Below are positions 49,928 to 63,576 of a DNA stretch of 64,000 nucleotides, piece by piece; within the stretch, counting starts at the first letter, position 1, and every line of letters begins with the position of its first letter. The notes beneath the pieces are model-generated. The model made no database searches and was not told where the DNA came from. It saw only the letters and a list, made by a program, of their open reading frames with translations. A program made the position numbers and the translations under genes. Location of the stretch: positions 40,300,001 to 40,364,000 of the forward strand of contig OX597828.1 in assembly GCA_951406725.2 (NCBI GenBank), given 5' to 3'. This DNA is from Octopus vulgaris. Taxonomy: Eukaryota.

Positions 49928-52655
49928 TATATATATATATATATATATAATACTTTAGGTTTATAGTAAAAGAGTTTTTGAACTATATAACTCAAAACAA
50001 GTTATATTTTATACTTCACTTAGTTTTGTGTTTCCTGAAATTAAATGTGAAGATTTGGTAGAGGACAAATGCCACCATCATCATTTGAGGGTTGCCATTC
50101 TTTATTTGTTCTTCATAATTATCTCCAGAGCTGACAATCCTGCATAGATGCACCTGAATATCTGGTCATGACATCTAAATACATGGGCTAAGCTCTCTAA
50201 TAGACGATTGATGACACCAGGTCATCTTCTGCTCTAAGGCCATGCCCAGGATTTTGTACTTTATGTTGCCTCACTCTTAGTGAGATGAATGATAAAGTGT
50301 ACACTATAGGGTCAGTATAGAAAGAAGATGAAGACAACTTTAGCTGTGTCTAAAATGTGCTAAGAGCAATGTCTAAAAAAAAAACTATACCAGAGCTACT
50401 TGATATATGTCCTCTTATAAACAAGGGCTGTAACACAGAAACTAAAATCCAGTAAAGGAGCCTCTACATTGTAGCTTGATTTGCTAAAAATATCAGTCAA
50501 ATTTTCCTCATTACACACTACTATCTTTAGAAATAGACTTATTTGTTAATGTAATCCCAGATTACAAGATGGGATGGTCATAGCTGGAATGCCTTCAATC
50601 ATAAGTATAAACCATTCAGGTTTGACATGGAGCTAAATGTAAAAGACTAATGAGACAAAAATATTAAAAAGGACTTACATTATAGAAAACTTAATTTGAC
50701 AGATGTTCGTTATTTCTGATTGCAGAATCAATTTTTTTATAATTTTCTTCTCCTTAATCTTAATAATTTTTTATTTAAAAGGATAAAAATCAATTTCACA
50801 CACACACACAAAAAAAAAAAAAATTATGTAAGAAATAAAAATAAAATAAATAGAATATTAAAAAAAAATATTAAGCATGTGTGTAATTACATATCAGTAA
50901 TTGTAAGATGGGGGATTTAGTCAAGATATAATTAATCTAGTATGTTAATTACAACTTGTAAAATAGGTGTTAAAAGATTGATCAATTGTTCCTAAGAAAA
51001 GACAGCATAAGAAAATTTTGCAAATTATCTGTAGTAATAATAATAATAATAATAATGAAAGGTGTGTCCAATAAAGATATTCATGCTTGAATGTGTGTCA
51101 TAACAACAGAAGCATAGAGTGATTGGTGCTCATTTTCTTTTTTGAGTGTTGAGTTTATTTGTTGCTATATAGCAAGAATATTTTCTGCAAGTTAAATAAT
51201 GGTAAAGCTGTGCTGTAGCAACAAGCATCACTAGGAAAGTAAAACATCAGTGGGCAGATTAGTGGTTCTACATGGATTGAATATCTAAGTGAGAGCCAGT
51301 TTTGGTAAAGTTAGTACCGATAGTTTATGATAATTTCAACCTGTGCAGAAATACTGGTAGACACAGAGAAAAGATAAAAAGACAACTTGCTAATTAATCA
51401 TACTAAATTAATGGCTTAGACAATCAAGGATAATCACCAGGGTTTGAGGAGACCGATAATGGTCTCTGTTATCATGAACCAATTCAGAAAAAATATTATA
51501 CAAATCAGGCCATGTTGGTGTATGATAAGAAAGAGAGAGGGTCAGGTAATATCTCTTTTTCCTTACATTTTCTTTTTCTTTCAGGAAGAATATTGCCACA
51601 GATGTTAGGCTTTTCTTTTTTTTATTTCACCCTCACCATACACCAACACCATACACCAACATAAAGTTTTCTAGAAGAGGATGTATTTCTCAATATATTC
51701 AATAACATAGATAAAACAGTCAGTATTTCAACACATTGACAGGGTAGATTTATACAGTAATCAATAGGGATAGATTTGCTCAGTTTAGATTTAGATTTAC
51801 TAAGGAGGTTTCAACTGGAGGGTAAGATTGCTTTCCAAGAAATCAGCTACATACTAAATAGTGTGAACAGATTTCATTATGAAAAATAAATAAAAAAGAA
51901 ATGCCAGCAATGTGATTGGATAACATGCAATATTCTAGAGATGACAGGGAGTTGGAAATGTAATAAAGAAATATCTAGAGAAATGAAGAAAAGTTCTTAA
52001 GTGACTTTTGAGAATATTTACTTTTATTTATTTATCTGTTACCATCCCTAGAAATCTCGCAAATATCAGGATTGGTCAAGTCTATTACTTGATAAGTTCT
52101 TTGGAAAACTGCTTGTATTTTGAAGAGAAATGACTAAGCTCACAGGTAACTAATCAAGAAATGCTTATAAAATAGTCCCAACAAAAAAGAAAAAAAAACC
52201 TATAGCTTAAAGCATTTCAATCTTAAACAGATATTTGTTAGAAATATTCATTAAAACATCTTTGGCAAATCTTAAAACAGACTAGTGTGTAATATGTGAA
52301 TTATTATTTATCACAGAATCCATTTCAAATAGTAAATTCTTTACTTGTCTAAGAGAAATAATCTACAAAACATTAAGAATTACAGAAAAACTCTAAAATA
52401 TAATTTTTTAAAAGTTATAGCGACAGGTATAGCTAATTCTTAGATCAATAGCTTCATACACCTGACACATCACAGCATACACCAACAGAAATCTGCCAAT
52501 CACACACCATTCTTATTTAGACATCAGCATGGAAAAAAAATTCTGGGTAAAAGTCACACTTCTAATTCCTTCCAGGTCACTTGATACCTTACCAATTTAA
52601 CAGCAGGTATTTCGATAAGCATTCAGGACACCCATCTAAACCTTTCTCAAATTAA

Positions 52656-52829
52656 CCCTTTTGATACCAATCCACCTGAAAATGTCTTTGGTTCTATGAT
52701 ACAAATCTGTTTTAAAATGATCTACATTAAAACCTTCCGCCGAAATTCCATGCTAATTTATGATCCAAACAACTTGCTTAATAAAATCAATACATAATGC
52801 ATTTCAACAGAAATATGGTAACAAAAGGG
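52656..52829. mobile_element. piggyBac-like MITE
   Basis: TTAA|cccttttgatacc...ggtaacaaaaggg|TTAA; homologous to 6446-6661. Confidence 0.85.
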
Positions 52830-54803
52830 TTAAGGCTATTATTCTTTACAGCTTCAACATTCACAACTGTCTTGCCTCCCTATTACCCCACTCCCAAATT
52901 AACTCCCACTCTCTCTATAGGAATCTTTGTTACTAAGTTAAAGGAATGGCCAGCATCTATTGATCTATTTACCTTATATTCTACTTTTATCCAGTGATGG
53001 AAGCATTCTATAATGCTTCTTCCTTCCTACATCACTTTGAAACACACTTTCTCTTCCTAACTGACCAACAATATAAGTTCTATTGAAGACTGGTCTGTTG
53101 AAGACTGCCCTTTTCACATTGTACATCTCAGTGGGAATTACCGTTATCGCTGCTGTTAACCTACTTCATCTCTGATTGAGCAGACCAGTGACATGTAGAT
53201 AGTCATTTCAAAACCCAGGCACAGTACACAGAGCTACTGTTCCCAATATACCTGTCTCTCGAACAACCATACAAGTCCATATTGTTTACTTTAACAAGCA
53301 GTAGTTTATCATGTGAGATCTGGTGTGTTTGTCAGGGAATTCAGTATTTATTTCATAGTCTATTCAAATTTTATACACCAAAGTTCTGATAGTGGCCACA
53401 ACAGAGGTATACCATATTTTCTGGCCAAAAAGTTGAACTTTTCAGACCAAAATTTACGACTAAAAAAGGTAGGTTGATTTATATACCAAGACAAACAGTG
53501 GAAGACCAAAACTTCCATATGAAACACAGACGGATTTTGGAAAGATAGTGACAATGTTTGAATGTTTATATTACATGTTTGTGCTATATGCTATGTTGAC
53601 TTGCATGCCGGAAAAAAAGGTACACAGTGTTCAGAATTAAAGTGTGATGGCTGTTGTTGTTGTAGTTGTTCTGCACTTATGTCTGGTACTGTACAGTATC
53701 CTGGCACAATATATGGAATTACTAAGATAACCGATGCTGCTGCTGCTGTTTTGGGGCACATGCTTTTTAGGGATTTATTTTGATAGAGAGTTTTCAGATG
53801 GTGTTATGACTGTGTTTGTGCCTGTTTGAAGGTAATTGGGAGACTGTAGATATAGTGGCATGGATTGTGAGGGTCAGAGTGTGTCACGGCAACAAACTGA
53901 ACCATCACATGTCCAAGAGGTCCATCATGCAAAGAAGTTTTGTTTCGTTATGTATGTAGATGGTGATGACAACGATGACGTGCAGGTAACCAACTTCTCC
54001 ACGGTAAACCACAAAAGTGTACATCATCACCAGCTTACTACCAACACATGATGACAATGATGACAGTGGCGGTGGCGACAATGACAACGACAATGTGTAC
54101 AGTCAGCCTGTGATGGTGAGTTCTTTGTAGTTTGTTGTGGAGAAACTGAGGGCTGAGGCAAGACTAACATACTCAAAGTCAGATCAGCTATATTGTGTAC
54201 TGTGTAGTAGTGTCTCCTCGTGTTGACCAATTTTGTTCCAATGTGTTTTCTAGATATGCTTAACTTATTTATTATATGACTATATTTTGATTTTCTTTTA
54301 TGTAGCTAATAAGAAGGGAGACAGTGGACCTGGGAAGTACAACCTTTATTCTCTACACAACTGTATGACAAGCTAAATTTCCTTCAAACAACAGTCTACC
54401 ATCTTAAAAAGAAAGGGTACATTTTTATGTGAAAGCAAAGATTTTGACCCAAAGATTAGTAAAGCCTTAAGTATTTTTCCTGACATGAAATTGTTCTACA
54501 AAGCTCTATTTTTTTTTATAGGGTTTTCCAAGCAAGATGTTCCATTGATCAGTTCAACTGGAACCTTATTGTCATAACTGACAGAGTACCAGTTTTACCT
54601 TTTTTTAAACCAAAAATCAAATGCATACTCCACTGCATGTCCCTTCCATTCAATCCTTTTTTTATCTAATGATTTCTACTCTCATTACGAGACTAATTTC
54701 AGATGCTTGAATTAGAAGTTTCTTGAGTAGTTACTAAATCACAATATGTACAGACCATTACAGTAACAAGGTACAGAGACTAATATTTTCCTTTCCAATA
54801 TTT

Positions 54804-55013
54804 ATTTCTTTACTACCCACAAGGGGCTAAACACAGAGAGAATAAACAAGGACAGACAAAGGAATTAAGTCGATTACATCGACCCCAGTGCGTAACTGGT
54901 ACTTAATTTATCGACCCCGAAAGGATGAAAGGCAAGGTCGACCTCGGCAGAATTTGAACTCGGAACGTAACGACAGACGAAATACGGTTACGCATTTCAC
55001 CTGGTGTGCTAAC
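54804..55013 (-). mobile_element. SINE family B
   Basis: Reverse complement of 4339-4578. Confidence 0.85.
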
Positions 55014-55095
55014 AACCAATTTATTTTGTTCCTGAGGAGGTCTGATAAAGCTCAAACATATTTGAAGTTATCAACACACTTAACCAAAGATCATG

Positions 55096-55418
55096 AAGGC
55101 ATGTGGCTTAGTGTTTAGGGTACTTGTTTCACAATAATAAGGTCGTGAGTTTTGATACCTGGTGGCACACTGTGTCCTTAAGCAAGACACTTCATTTCAC
55201 ATTGCTTCAGTTCACTCAGCGAGCAAATATGAGTAGTTCCTGTATTTCAAAGGGCCGGCCTTGTCACATTCTGTGTCCCACTGAATCTCCCTGATAACTA
55301 CATTAAGAGAACATGTGTCTGTAGAGTGCTCAGCTACTTGCGCATTAATTTTCCAAGCAAGATGTTCCATTGATTGGTTCAACTGGAACCTTATTGTCAT
55401 AACTGACAGAGTACCAGT
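55096..55418 (+). mobile_element. SINE family D, near full length
   Basis: tRNA-like head gaaggcatgtggcttagtg; central gtgtccttaagcaagacacttc. Confidence 0.8.
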
Positions 55419-58314
55419 TTTGCCCTTTTTTAAACCAAAAATCAAATGCATACTCCACTGCATGTCCCTTCCATTCAATCCTTTTTTATCTAATGATTTC
55501 TACTCTCATTACAAGACTAATTTTAGTTGATTATGAATTCAAGGGAGATTCCTACATCAAACATGGTCAGCCTGAGTTTAACTACATGTTGTAAACTGCG
55601 TTTCCTCTCTCTCCTCCCTTTCACTCCTACTTCTCTTGCTCAACTCTCCTCCTGAAATATTCCCCTGCCGTACATAAGCTCATTCTCTCCATCAAATCAA
55701 CATTTCCTGTACAAATTCATGGTGTGTGACATGTTACATGTTGAAGAGATCACATAACAACATGAAATGAAGTGTTTTGCTCAAGAACACAATGCACTGC
55801 CCAATAACGGAATTGAAACCACAATCTAGCAATGTGTATGTGTGTGTGTGTGTGTGCTGAGCATTTTACTTCCAGTGCAGGAATCACCAATTTACAACGA
55901 ACACATATGTATTCATAATTCCCTATTTCTATATTTGAAAATTATCATTGTTTTGAAAATGAAGGGGGATAAAGATTTCCATGAAAAATTATCTACATTT
56001 AATTTAATTGCAGCAATAAAATATTCTAACATATTTTCTAATTTGTTTTGTGAATAAAGTTCTACAAATGTTATTTTCTATTTTTTTTTACTTAATTTAA
56101 TTCACTGCAGTATCATTACACATTTATCATCTAAAACTGATGTGATTCATGAAAGAAAAAACATAAAACTATATATATATAGCTGATGTTTTTTTGTGTA
56201 TGTGTGTGTGTGTGTGTGTGTGTGAGTGAGTGAGAGTGAGAGAGAGTGTAATCTAACAATCAAATCCCATGATGCACGATATTTTTTTTGCCTGAACATC
56301 CAATTTTCATAAGTTCCATTACACTCATATATTTGATGTTGGCAATGTTTAGTACACTGTATCATTGTTGAGTAAGGTTCTTTTTTTTTTTCTTTTTTAA
56401 CCAGTTATAGCAGATTTTGACTATCATAGTGCACAGAGGATGGCACATTGGTGTGGCTTCTCATTGCCTTTTCCATGATGAAGAAAAGACAAGCAGGCTC
56501 TTGTGATATTCTTGTTGTTCATAAGGGATCATATTATATATATTTATAACTATAATTATTTAAAGCCCAAAACTAGCTAAATATATTAGCAGTTTAAAAT
56601 TTAAACAGAAGTCTGGCAGGAACAATATTCTCTTTCCATAATTTCTTTAAAAAAGAAAAAATTGATTTCATATTTTTATATTAAATGTGTTTCACAAGGA
56701 AAACTAAGGAAATGAATTTCATTTTGATAATTATTTTTTTGACTTTTTATCTTTTAATTTCAAAATTCAATATTTTACAGCCATTTTGGTTCTGCATGTT
56801 CTCAAAAAAATGTTTCTGGGTCGGATTTATGATTAGCTGCATTTGAATTTTCTTTGATGTAGCTAAATATGAGGGAGATGGTGGATTGAGAAGTAGTGAA
56901 GCTAGGGGTTGGGGGTGAGGGATTGGTCCACCCCAGGCAATGCTTTTATGGTGGGGAGTGGCATTTTGGGTCTGCTGTATAAGTCTGTATAGGCTGTTTG
57001 CAGAGAGAGGAATGCCTTCCAAACACAAGGGCTACTCCTGGTGGCACATACCCTAGAAATGCCACTGGAATTAGTTTGGTACTATTCTTACTATTAGGCA
57101 TCCAATTAGCAGATCTGCTAGAACATTGGCTCAATATCTTGCAGTATTGATCTCTTTACATTCTGAGTTCAACTTTGCTTTCCATCCTTTCAGGGTTGAT
57201 AAATAAAGTACCACTCAAGTACCAAGGTTGATTCTCTATCTCTCTCCCTCAGTATTGGCTCTAAAGTGCTAAGTGCTGCAAGCAAGTCATTAATAATGAC
57301 CACTCCCAGTATTCCCAGTGTCCTGTCCCTTCCCTCAAGAATTGGAGAAGGGTTGTTCAACTAGAAGCTAGCAATTTCTCAACAAGTTCACTTAAAAAGG
57401 CACTGAAAGGAAAATGGCAGGTGCAGACAGACCATTGTGTTCTAAAGCACAGAATGCTTAATAAAAAGAAAAAGAAAAAAACCTTTTACTTTCTACATAA
57501 TTGCACAAAATGCTAGATCTAGAAGCCAAATCCATTCCACCCACCAAACAAAACCATTCCTTCTTAAAAAGGAAGGATGCATCTTCTGCGCAAACCAAGT
57601 TTGGCTCTTGACAGCAGGCCTGTCAGATTTTAATTTTGCCCAACATAAGAATTATTTGGCAAAGACCTAGTTTCTTAGGGGCTCCACATGTTCACCTTTG
57701 TTATTGTTATGTCCATTTTTTTGCATGCTTGTATGGATTGGATGATACATTTTAAGGCAGTATTATTCTTAGAGCTGGATGCCCTCCCTCACATCAAGTC
57801 TTTGTTTTCATGTAACACATTTGCTGAACCATTGAGCTGCTGGAAATACTGTTTATATGGGACATAAACAAATATAACCACTGACTGAGCAATCTCAATG
57901 GAAAGACACACACAAATAACAAGATTCCATACAGTTTCCTTAAAAAAAAAGACTGTTCAGTAGAAAACAACTGTCCAAGACTGTCCATGCAGTGGGATTG
58001 AACCAGTAACCAAAATGAATTTCTTAACCATACATCTATGTCTGTACCTTTCCCTGTTTGAATATTTACCAATTAAGGAACTTTTGCTTTAGTTTGATGC
58101 CACTTCTGCCATGGAACCACCAAACTCTCATATAACAGCCATATCAATAAGGTTAGTATTATTTCCATTTCACTTCTCAGAGATCTTGACTTTACTTGCT
58201 CCACTTAATTCTGTAAGAACAGACAACAACTTGTTGTCAAACACCTCACAGGGCCTCTTACCACAATACTTAACACCCAAGAACCAAGCTCAAAACCCTC
58301 TTATATCATCATCA

Positions 58315-58347
<33 letters not shown>

Positions 58348-59116
58348 GTAGTAGTAGTAGTAGTAGTAGTTATAAGCAAAGCAACAACACTACTTATTCT
58401 TCTTTCCTCTCCCTCAGATGAATGATAAGGGCTTGAAACCTCAGATTCTTCAATTACTATGGCAACTGAACTTATCAAACTCTATGGACCCTTCTCTAGA
58501 CCATTTGTTTCGGACACAGACACACTGCAAAATTCCTTTGGAATTCTGGATTCTACCGAATATTGTAATGCTCTTCTCTTACATCATACTTTCAAAAACA
58601 AATTATTAAACCATATTTCAAAGCAAATGAAAAGACAAGCAAAAATTAAATTAATAATTCAAAATGAAATAAGCATTAATGTATTTCATGAGGAGAGACA
58701 GAGCGTGCACACACACACACACGTGCGCACACATACACACGCACATTGTGAAGGTATTGTTTTAGTGATTTTTATTTCATTTATTATGATCATTTACTCT
58801 TTTACTTGTTTCAGTCATTTGACTGTGGCCATGCTGGAGCACCGCCTTTATCCAAGTTTCTTTATTAATATTTACATTTACTCAATATTTCAACCAGTTG
58901 CATCCCCAGGTCATCAGGTATCTTATTCCTGGATATTAACAATGTCTTTGCAGATGAAAAATTATATAAAAAATTTACATCTACACAACACTTTGATTAA
59001 TTTGATGTTCAATAGTCATCAGGTGTATTATTCTGAGGTACCTATGTAGCAGCAGATTAGATCAAAGGGAAATAATACTCTTACCTGCTAAACCCATTGA
59101 TTAAATATAACATATA

Positions 59117-59519
59117 CTAGCAGTATCGCCCGGCATTGCTCGGGTTTGTTTTGACCCTTTAGAATTGGAATTTTTGAAAAGTAAAAATTTTGCATTATGT
59201 AGCTTGTTATTCTCTTTAAGTGAACATTTTTCTGGTTGAAATACACTAGAAAATGGTGACACAGCAGTCAAAAAATTGTAAAAGAATAGGGATTTTCATA
59301 GAAAAAAGCACCTTTTTGATGTAAATAATTTTTGGTGTTTACATGGTCTAATTTGAATTTTTTTCTTATACGGAAGGAAGAGCAAGCCTTTTTCTATCTT
59401 ACTCTCAATTTTGGGCAACTTGCACCGCAGGGTCTCGGAGGAGATAGTGTTAGTTGAAGGCTACCAAACCTGCCACACACACACACACAGACAACTTCAG
59501 TTTTATATATATAGAGAGA
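59117..59519 (-). mobile_element. Non-autonomous Helitron, complete
   Basis: On the minus strand: A|TC start, cccgagcaatgccggg hairpin, CTAG|T end. Confidence 0.85.
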
Positions 59520-59749
59520 TTTAAATAGTTCAACACGTAATGAAAATATTGCTATTGTTGTTTATTCACACACACATACACACACACATGCGCACGTATT
59601 TTAATGTAGATCTAATGCTGAGCTTTATAACATTTATCAAAACACTTGTTTTCTTTTTCATGGCTGAATATACTTTGGCCCTGGTCAGTAACTGACCAGG
59701 GCTAAATTATATTCTGGGAGAAAAGGAAACCACGTGTTGACCCTATCAT

Positions 59750-59945
59750 CATTATCATCATCATCATCATCATTTAACATCTGTTTTCCATACTGGTATG
59801 GGTTGGATGGTTTCACAGGAGCTGGTAAAGCCAGGGACTGCATCAAGCTCCAACTGTCTGTTGTGGCATGGTTTCTATGGCTCATTGACCTTCCTAATGC
59901 CAACCACTTTGCAGAGTGTGTTGGGTGTTTTTAACATGGCACAAG
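59750..59945 (-). mobile_element. Family C element, diverged
   Basis: (CAT)n tail and ccttcctaatgccaaccact motif. Confidence 0.75.
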
Positions 59946-60289
59946 AATGTTCCTTTGATATTTATTATGGTTTGACTTTGTGATGTTTAATATGGAGTGT
60001 GAGTGGTTTTGTCCACATTGATAGAAATGATTTTAAGATCTCCGTACATGGAAAACAGTGTGTGTGAAGTGGGGTATGATGTGTGGTGTCTTGGTTGGGT
60101 GTGGATGACAGCTGTGTGTGGGAAATTAAAGAAGAAATGAAAGGTGTATTATCAGCACAAGATTTTTTTGTTGTTGTTAGAGGGACAGGAAATAGGTAAT
60201 CAGTGTATTAAAAGAAGAGTATAAGAGACAGTTGATAGAGTTTGGAGGTCAGAAAAAGTGTCTTCAGCATAATCTTTATTTCATCACTT

Positions 60290-60621
60290 AATCAGGAAGG
60301 AGAGCATTGCTCAAGACTTTTTGAAAGGGGTAAGGTATTTTCAAGCCAGTGTTCCAAATGCTTACAACAAAGTAGACCCCACTAAAAGCCTCCAAGAACC
60401 AGGTAAATGGTGTTAATTTGGGAGACAAATTGAGTCTACTGCCCAGTTTAGTTTGAAGGAAACTTTCATTCAAGTACATCAGAGACAGATGGAGCATAGG
60501 GCAGACAACTTAGCTTGACATTTCTATCAACAGAAAACTTTTCTTATGTCAAGCACAAAAATATTGCTTTCATCAAAGTTCTCAAGAGTGAGAGACCCCC
60601 TAGACATGTTAGTGTGTGTGC

Positions 60622-60656
<35 letters not shown>

Positions 60657-60900
60657 GTTCAAGGATGTGATTGTTTAAGAATGTTTCTATAACCTTTGAG
60701 ATGTTGAATGTGAGAGTGATTGGTAGATGTCTACCTGGGACACACTGTAGCAAGTTTCCTCATCGTAGAGAGGGAAGGGTTGAAGAATTTGGTGAGAACA
60801 GAAACTATCTTGCAGGTATTATATCTAATGATAGTGTGAGCAATTCTCTCAGGGCCAATTGTCTTGTAGGGTTGAAGTTGAAGAGGCAAATATGTTTATA
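60290..60900 (-). mobile_element. Decayed CR1/L2/Jockey-type reverse transcriptase remnant
   Basis: HLPITLTFNISKVIETFLNNHILELL resembles the NYRPISLTSxxSKxxExxI RT motif; interrupted by a microsatellite. Confidence 0.5.
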
Positions 60901-61765
60901 ATACCATGTAGAAATCTACAGTTTTTGTTTCTAAATAAAGCTGGATCTCATGAACCATCTTTAATTTATCCAACATATTTTGTATATTTATGTATATTAG
61001 TTAATATATATATACATATGTTAGAGAATAACCCCTGAACTTTAACTACATTTATTACCTAACTTAGATAATGACCAACCGAAGTGAAGAATGTATGTGC
61101 TTCTCAACAACAACAACAATAGGAGCCATGAAGGGAACTTCTAAAGGGTTACTCACACTGCTAGAAATAGCAGCCAAATCTTTCTTAAATTACCTTCACC
61201 CCTATCTTGAAATCAGAGGGTCGCATTGAATAATGTAATCCTGGATACATAATACCACAAAAAGGACAGGGTGGTCATGGTTGGACTGCCTTTGATCAGA
61301 GGTCTGCTCAATCAAGATTGATCTGAGGTTAAATAGCAACAATAATTCAACCTAAGTTGAGTCAAGAAGTCAGTTTTCTTCTCAACAGAGATACACACAC
61401 ACACACACACACACTTTCTGCCAAGAACTTTTAGTCATTATTCTCTTATTGTTCATGTCGTTATACATTTAATAAATATTCCTGATTAATTTTTTTCCTA
61501 TAATGTTGATAGTTCTTGGCTCAATAAAGATTAGTTAAAATATTTTTTATATATTTACCATATTGTTGTTAGCATTCCTGAAGAGTATTCTAGAAAAAGT
61601 CCTTATTGATGTTACCGAGATGAATGGCTTGACTAGGATAGAGAGATAATGGGGGAAGGCAGTGCAGAAGAAGTTGAGTAAGTAAGCAAAATGACAGCAC
61701 AACCTTCGCAACCATTACAGGGCAGAATTATGAAGTGAAAAGTAAAAGAGAAAGCAACACTTCAC

Positions 61766-61816
61766 CTTGCAGTGGAGTAAAGGCACATGCCAGACATATA
61801 TTGATGATTCCATACT
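61766..61816 (-). CDS. Candidate 51-nt frame-preserving cassette exon: (E)YGIINICLACAFTPLQ
   Basis: Acceptor ttttctatgctgtgtattttccag|, donor aag|gtgaag; symmetric phase 1-1; no stop. Confidence 0.4.
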
Positions 61817-63576
61817 CTGGAAAATACACAGCATAGAAAAGCTATCAAGAAAAACTACTCTCACACTCACACACACACGCATACATACATACATACAAAC
61901 ACTCAGTCACTCACATACACACCCAAGCAAACGTGCATGTGGATATACAGACAGATACGCAGAAAAGTCGCTGGTATTTGTTCAACTAGTTGGTGCCATG
62001 AAATTAAAAGGAAGCAAATTAATTGATCTCCAGAACCAAACATTAGCTGAAATGCAGAACAGAGAGAGAATCGGCAAGTGTGGTTAAATAAGTTGAACTG
62101 AGAAGCTTCTGGAAGCACCAAATCCTTTCTCACTGCAAGAAGGTAACATTTGTCTTTATCACTGGTCTCTTAAATTATTAGTATTGTGCAAAACATACTT
62201 TCTTTATGGAGGCAGCAGCAAATGCCAAATAATCTCAAGCTTCTAGACATCCAGCCAAGTCACCAAGATGTTTTCACCATCTTAAGACATCATTGTCAAT
62301 ACTTGTTTTGTTTTCCTCAATGCTCTCTCTCTCTTTCTCTCTCACCATCATCACCACCACCACCACCACCACTTTCTCCATCTCCCTCAAGGTCACACAT
62401 TGTTGATACTTTAAACTTTTTCCTGTCTGGAACTATCTTTTGTATTTGACATACCAGCTATGACAGACAGCTGAACAATCAAACTGACCCAGAGCCAGGA
62501 TTGACAAAAACAGCTGCTATTCCGCTTGTCACTCTCATTGAAAATATTTTATAACAAAGGATAGCAACACAGAATAACAGTAGTAATTATATAAGCTGCT
62601 GGTAGATATGGACTTGAAAGAGCTATATATAAAATTTGTGAGTTATTTAAAATAATAAAAATACAATTAATTATAGATATACATAGAATAATTATTACTG
62701 GAGGATAAAACATTTTCTTTTTCAAGAAAACAGAACTGGTGATAGAAGTAGGGTAGACAAGTATAAAATGAGAGGAAACAAGGAATAAAATCATACTGGA
62801 GAAACAAATAAATAATGCAGTTAAATATAATATGGAGTAGCAAAGAGGAATTGAGTAATAGACATATTCGTCGGGAGGCAAGTCTATGATTGGGTTATGA
62901 TTCTTGCATTTAGGCACTTCTTTTGTTTTGCTAATGTTCTTGGAAACTGTACAAACATCACATAATATTGTTTCCCCTCCTTTCTATATCCAGAGCCCAG
63001 TCCTGGTTGTTTTGTGGCTTGTCCCCCTCAACAACCCTGAGAGCTATTCCAGCAGAGTGCAAGCTTCTGATAGGGCCTCCTAAGCAGGACAGAGGTCAGA
63101 CCAATATGGACTGCCTCTTCCCAGAAATAAAAATGGGTTTGTGAAAGGCCAGCACCCCAACCTAGACAAAAAAAAAAAAAGAAAAAAAGAAAAAGCCAAG
63201 CTACAAAAGCATCAAAGACAATTCAGAACCAATGAGATCTAGGAGAGAAGGGAACTTCTCTCAAGGAAGCTGCAAGTCCAACACCCCAGAGTTGAGAAGA
63301 GGAGAGAAAAGTTGTCAATGGCTTATGCTGCATAGGGAGCAAAAGGCTAACAGTTAAGGACCTTTATATCTATATAGCGATGCATTAAATATTCATAAAT
63401 TCCATCCAAGAATTACTGTTATTATTACTATATCCTACATTATATTGGTACAGCTCGGTGCAACCCCAAAAAACTGGTTCACCAGTCAGCATCATTGGAC
63501 TGTGGTCAGTATAACTGAATAGGAGCTTTATTTGCATATTCAAAACATTTCTCATGAACAAATTTAGAAAGAAGGG

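Noticed and set aside
58459-59049. Longest ORF in the track (196 aa)
   Set aside because: Runs through a (CA)n microsatellite and a SINE tail; no recognisable domain.
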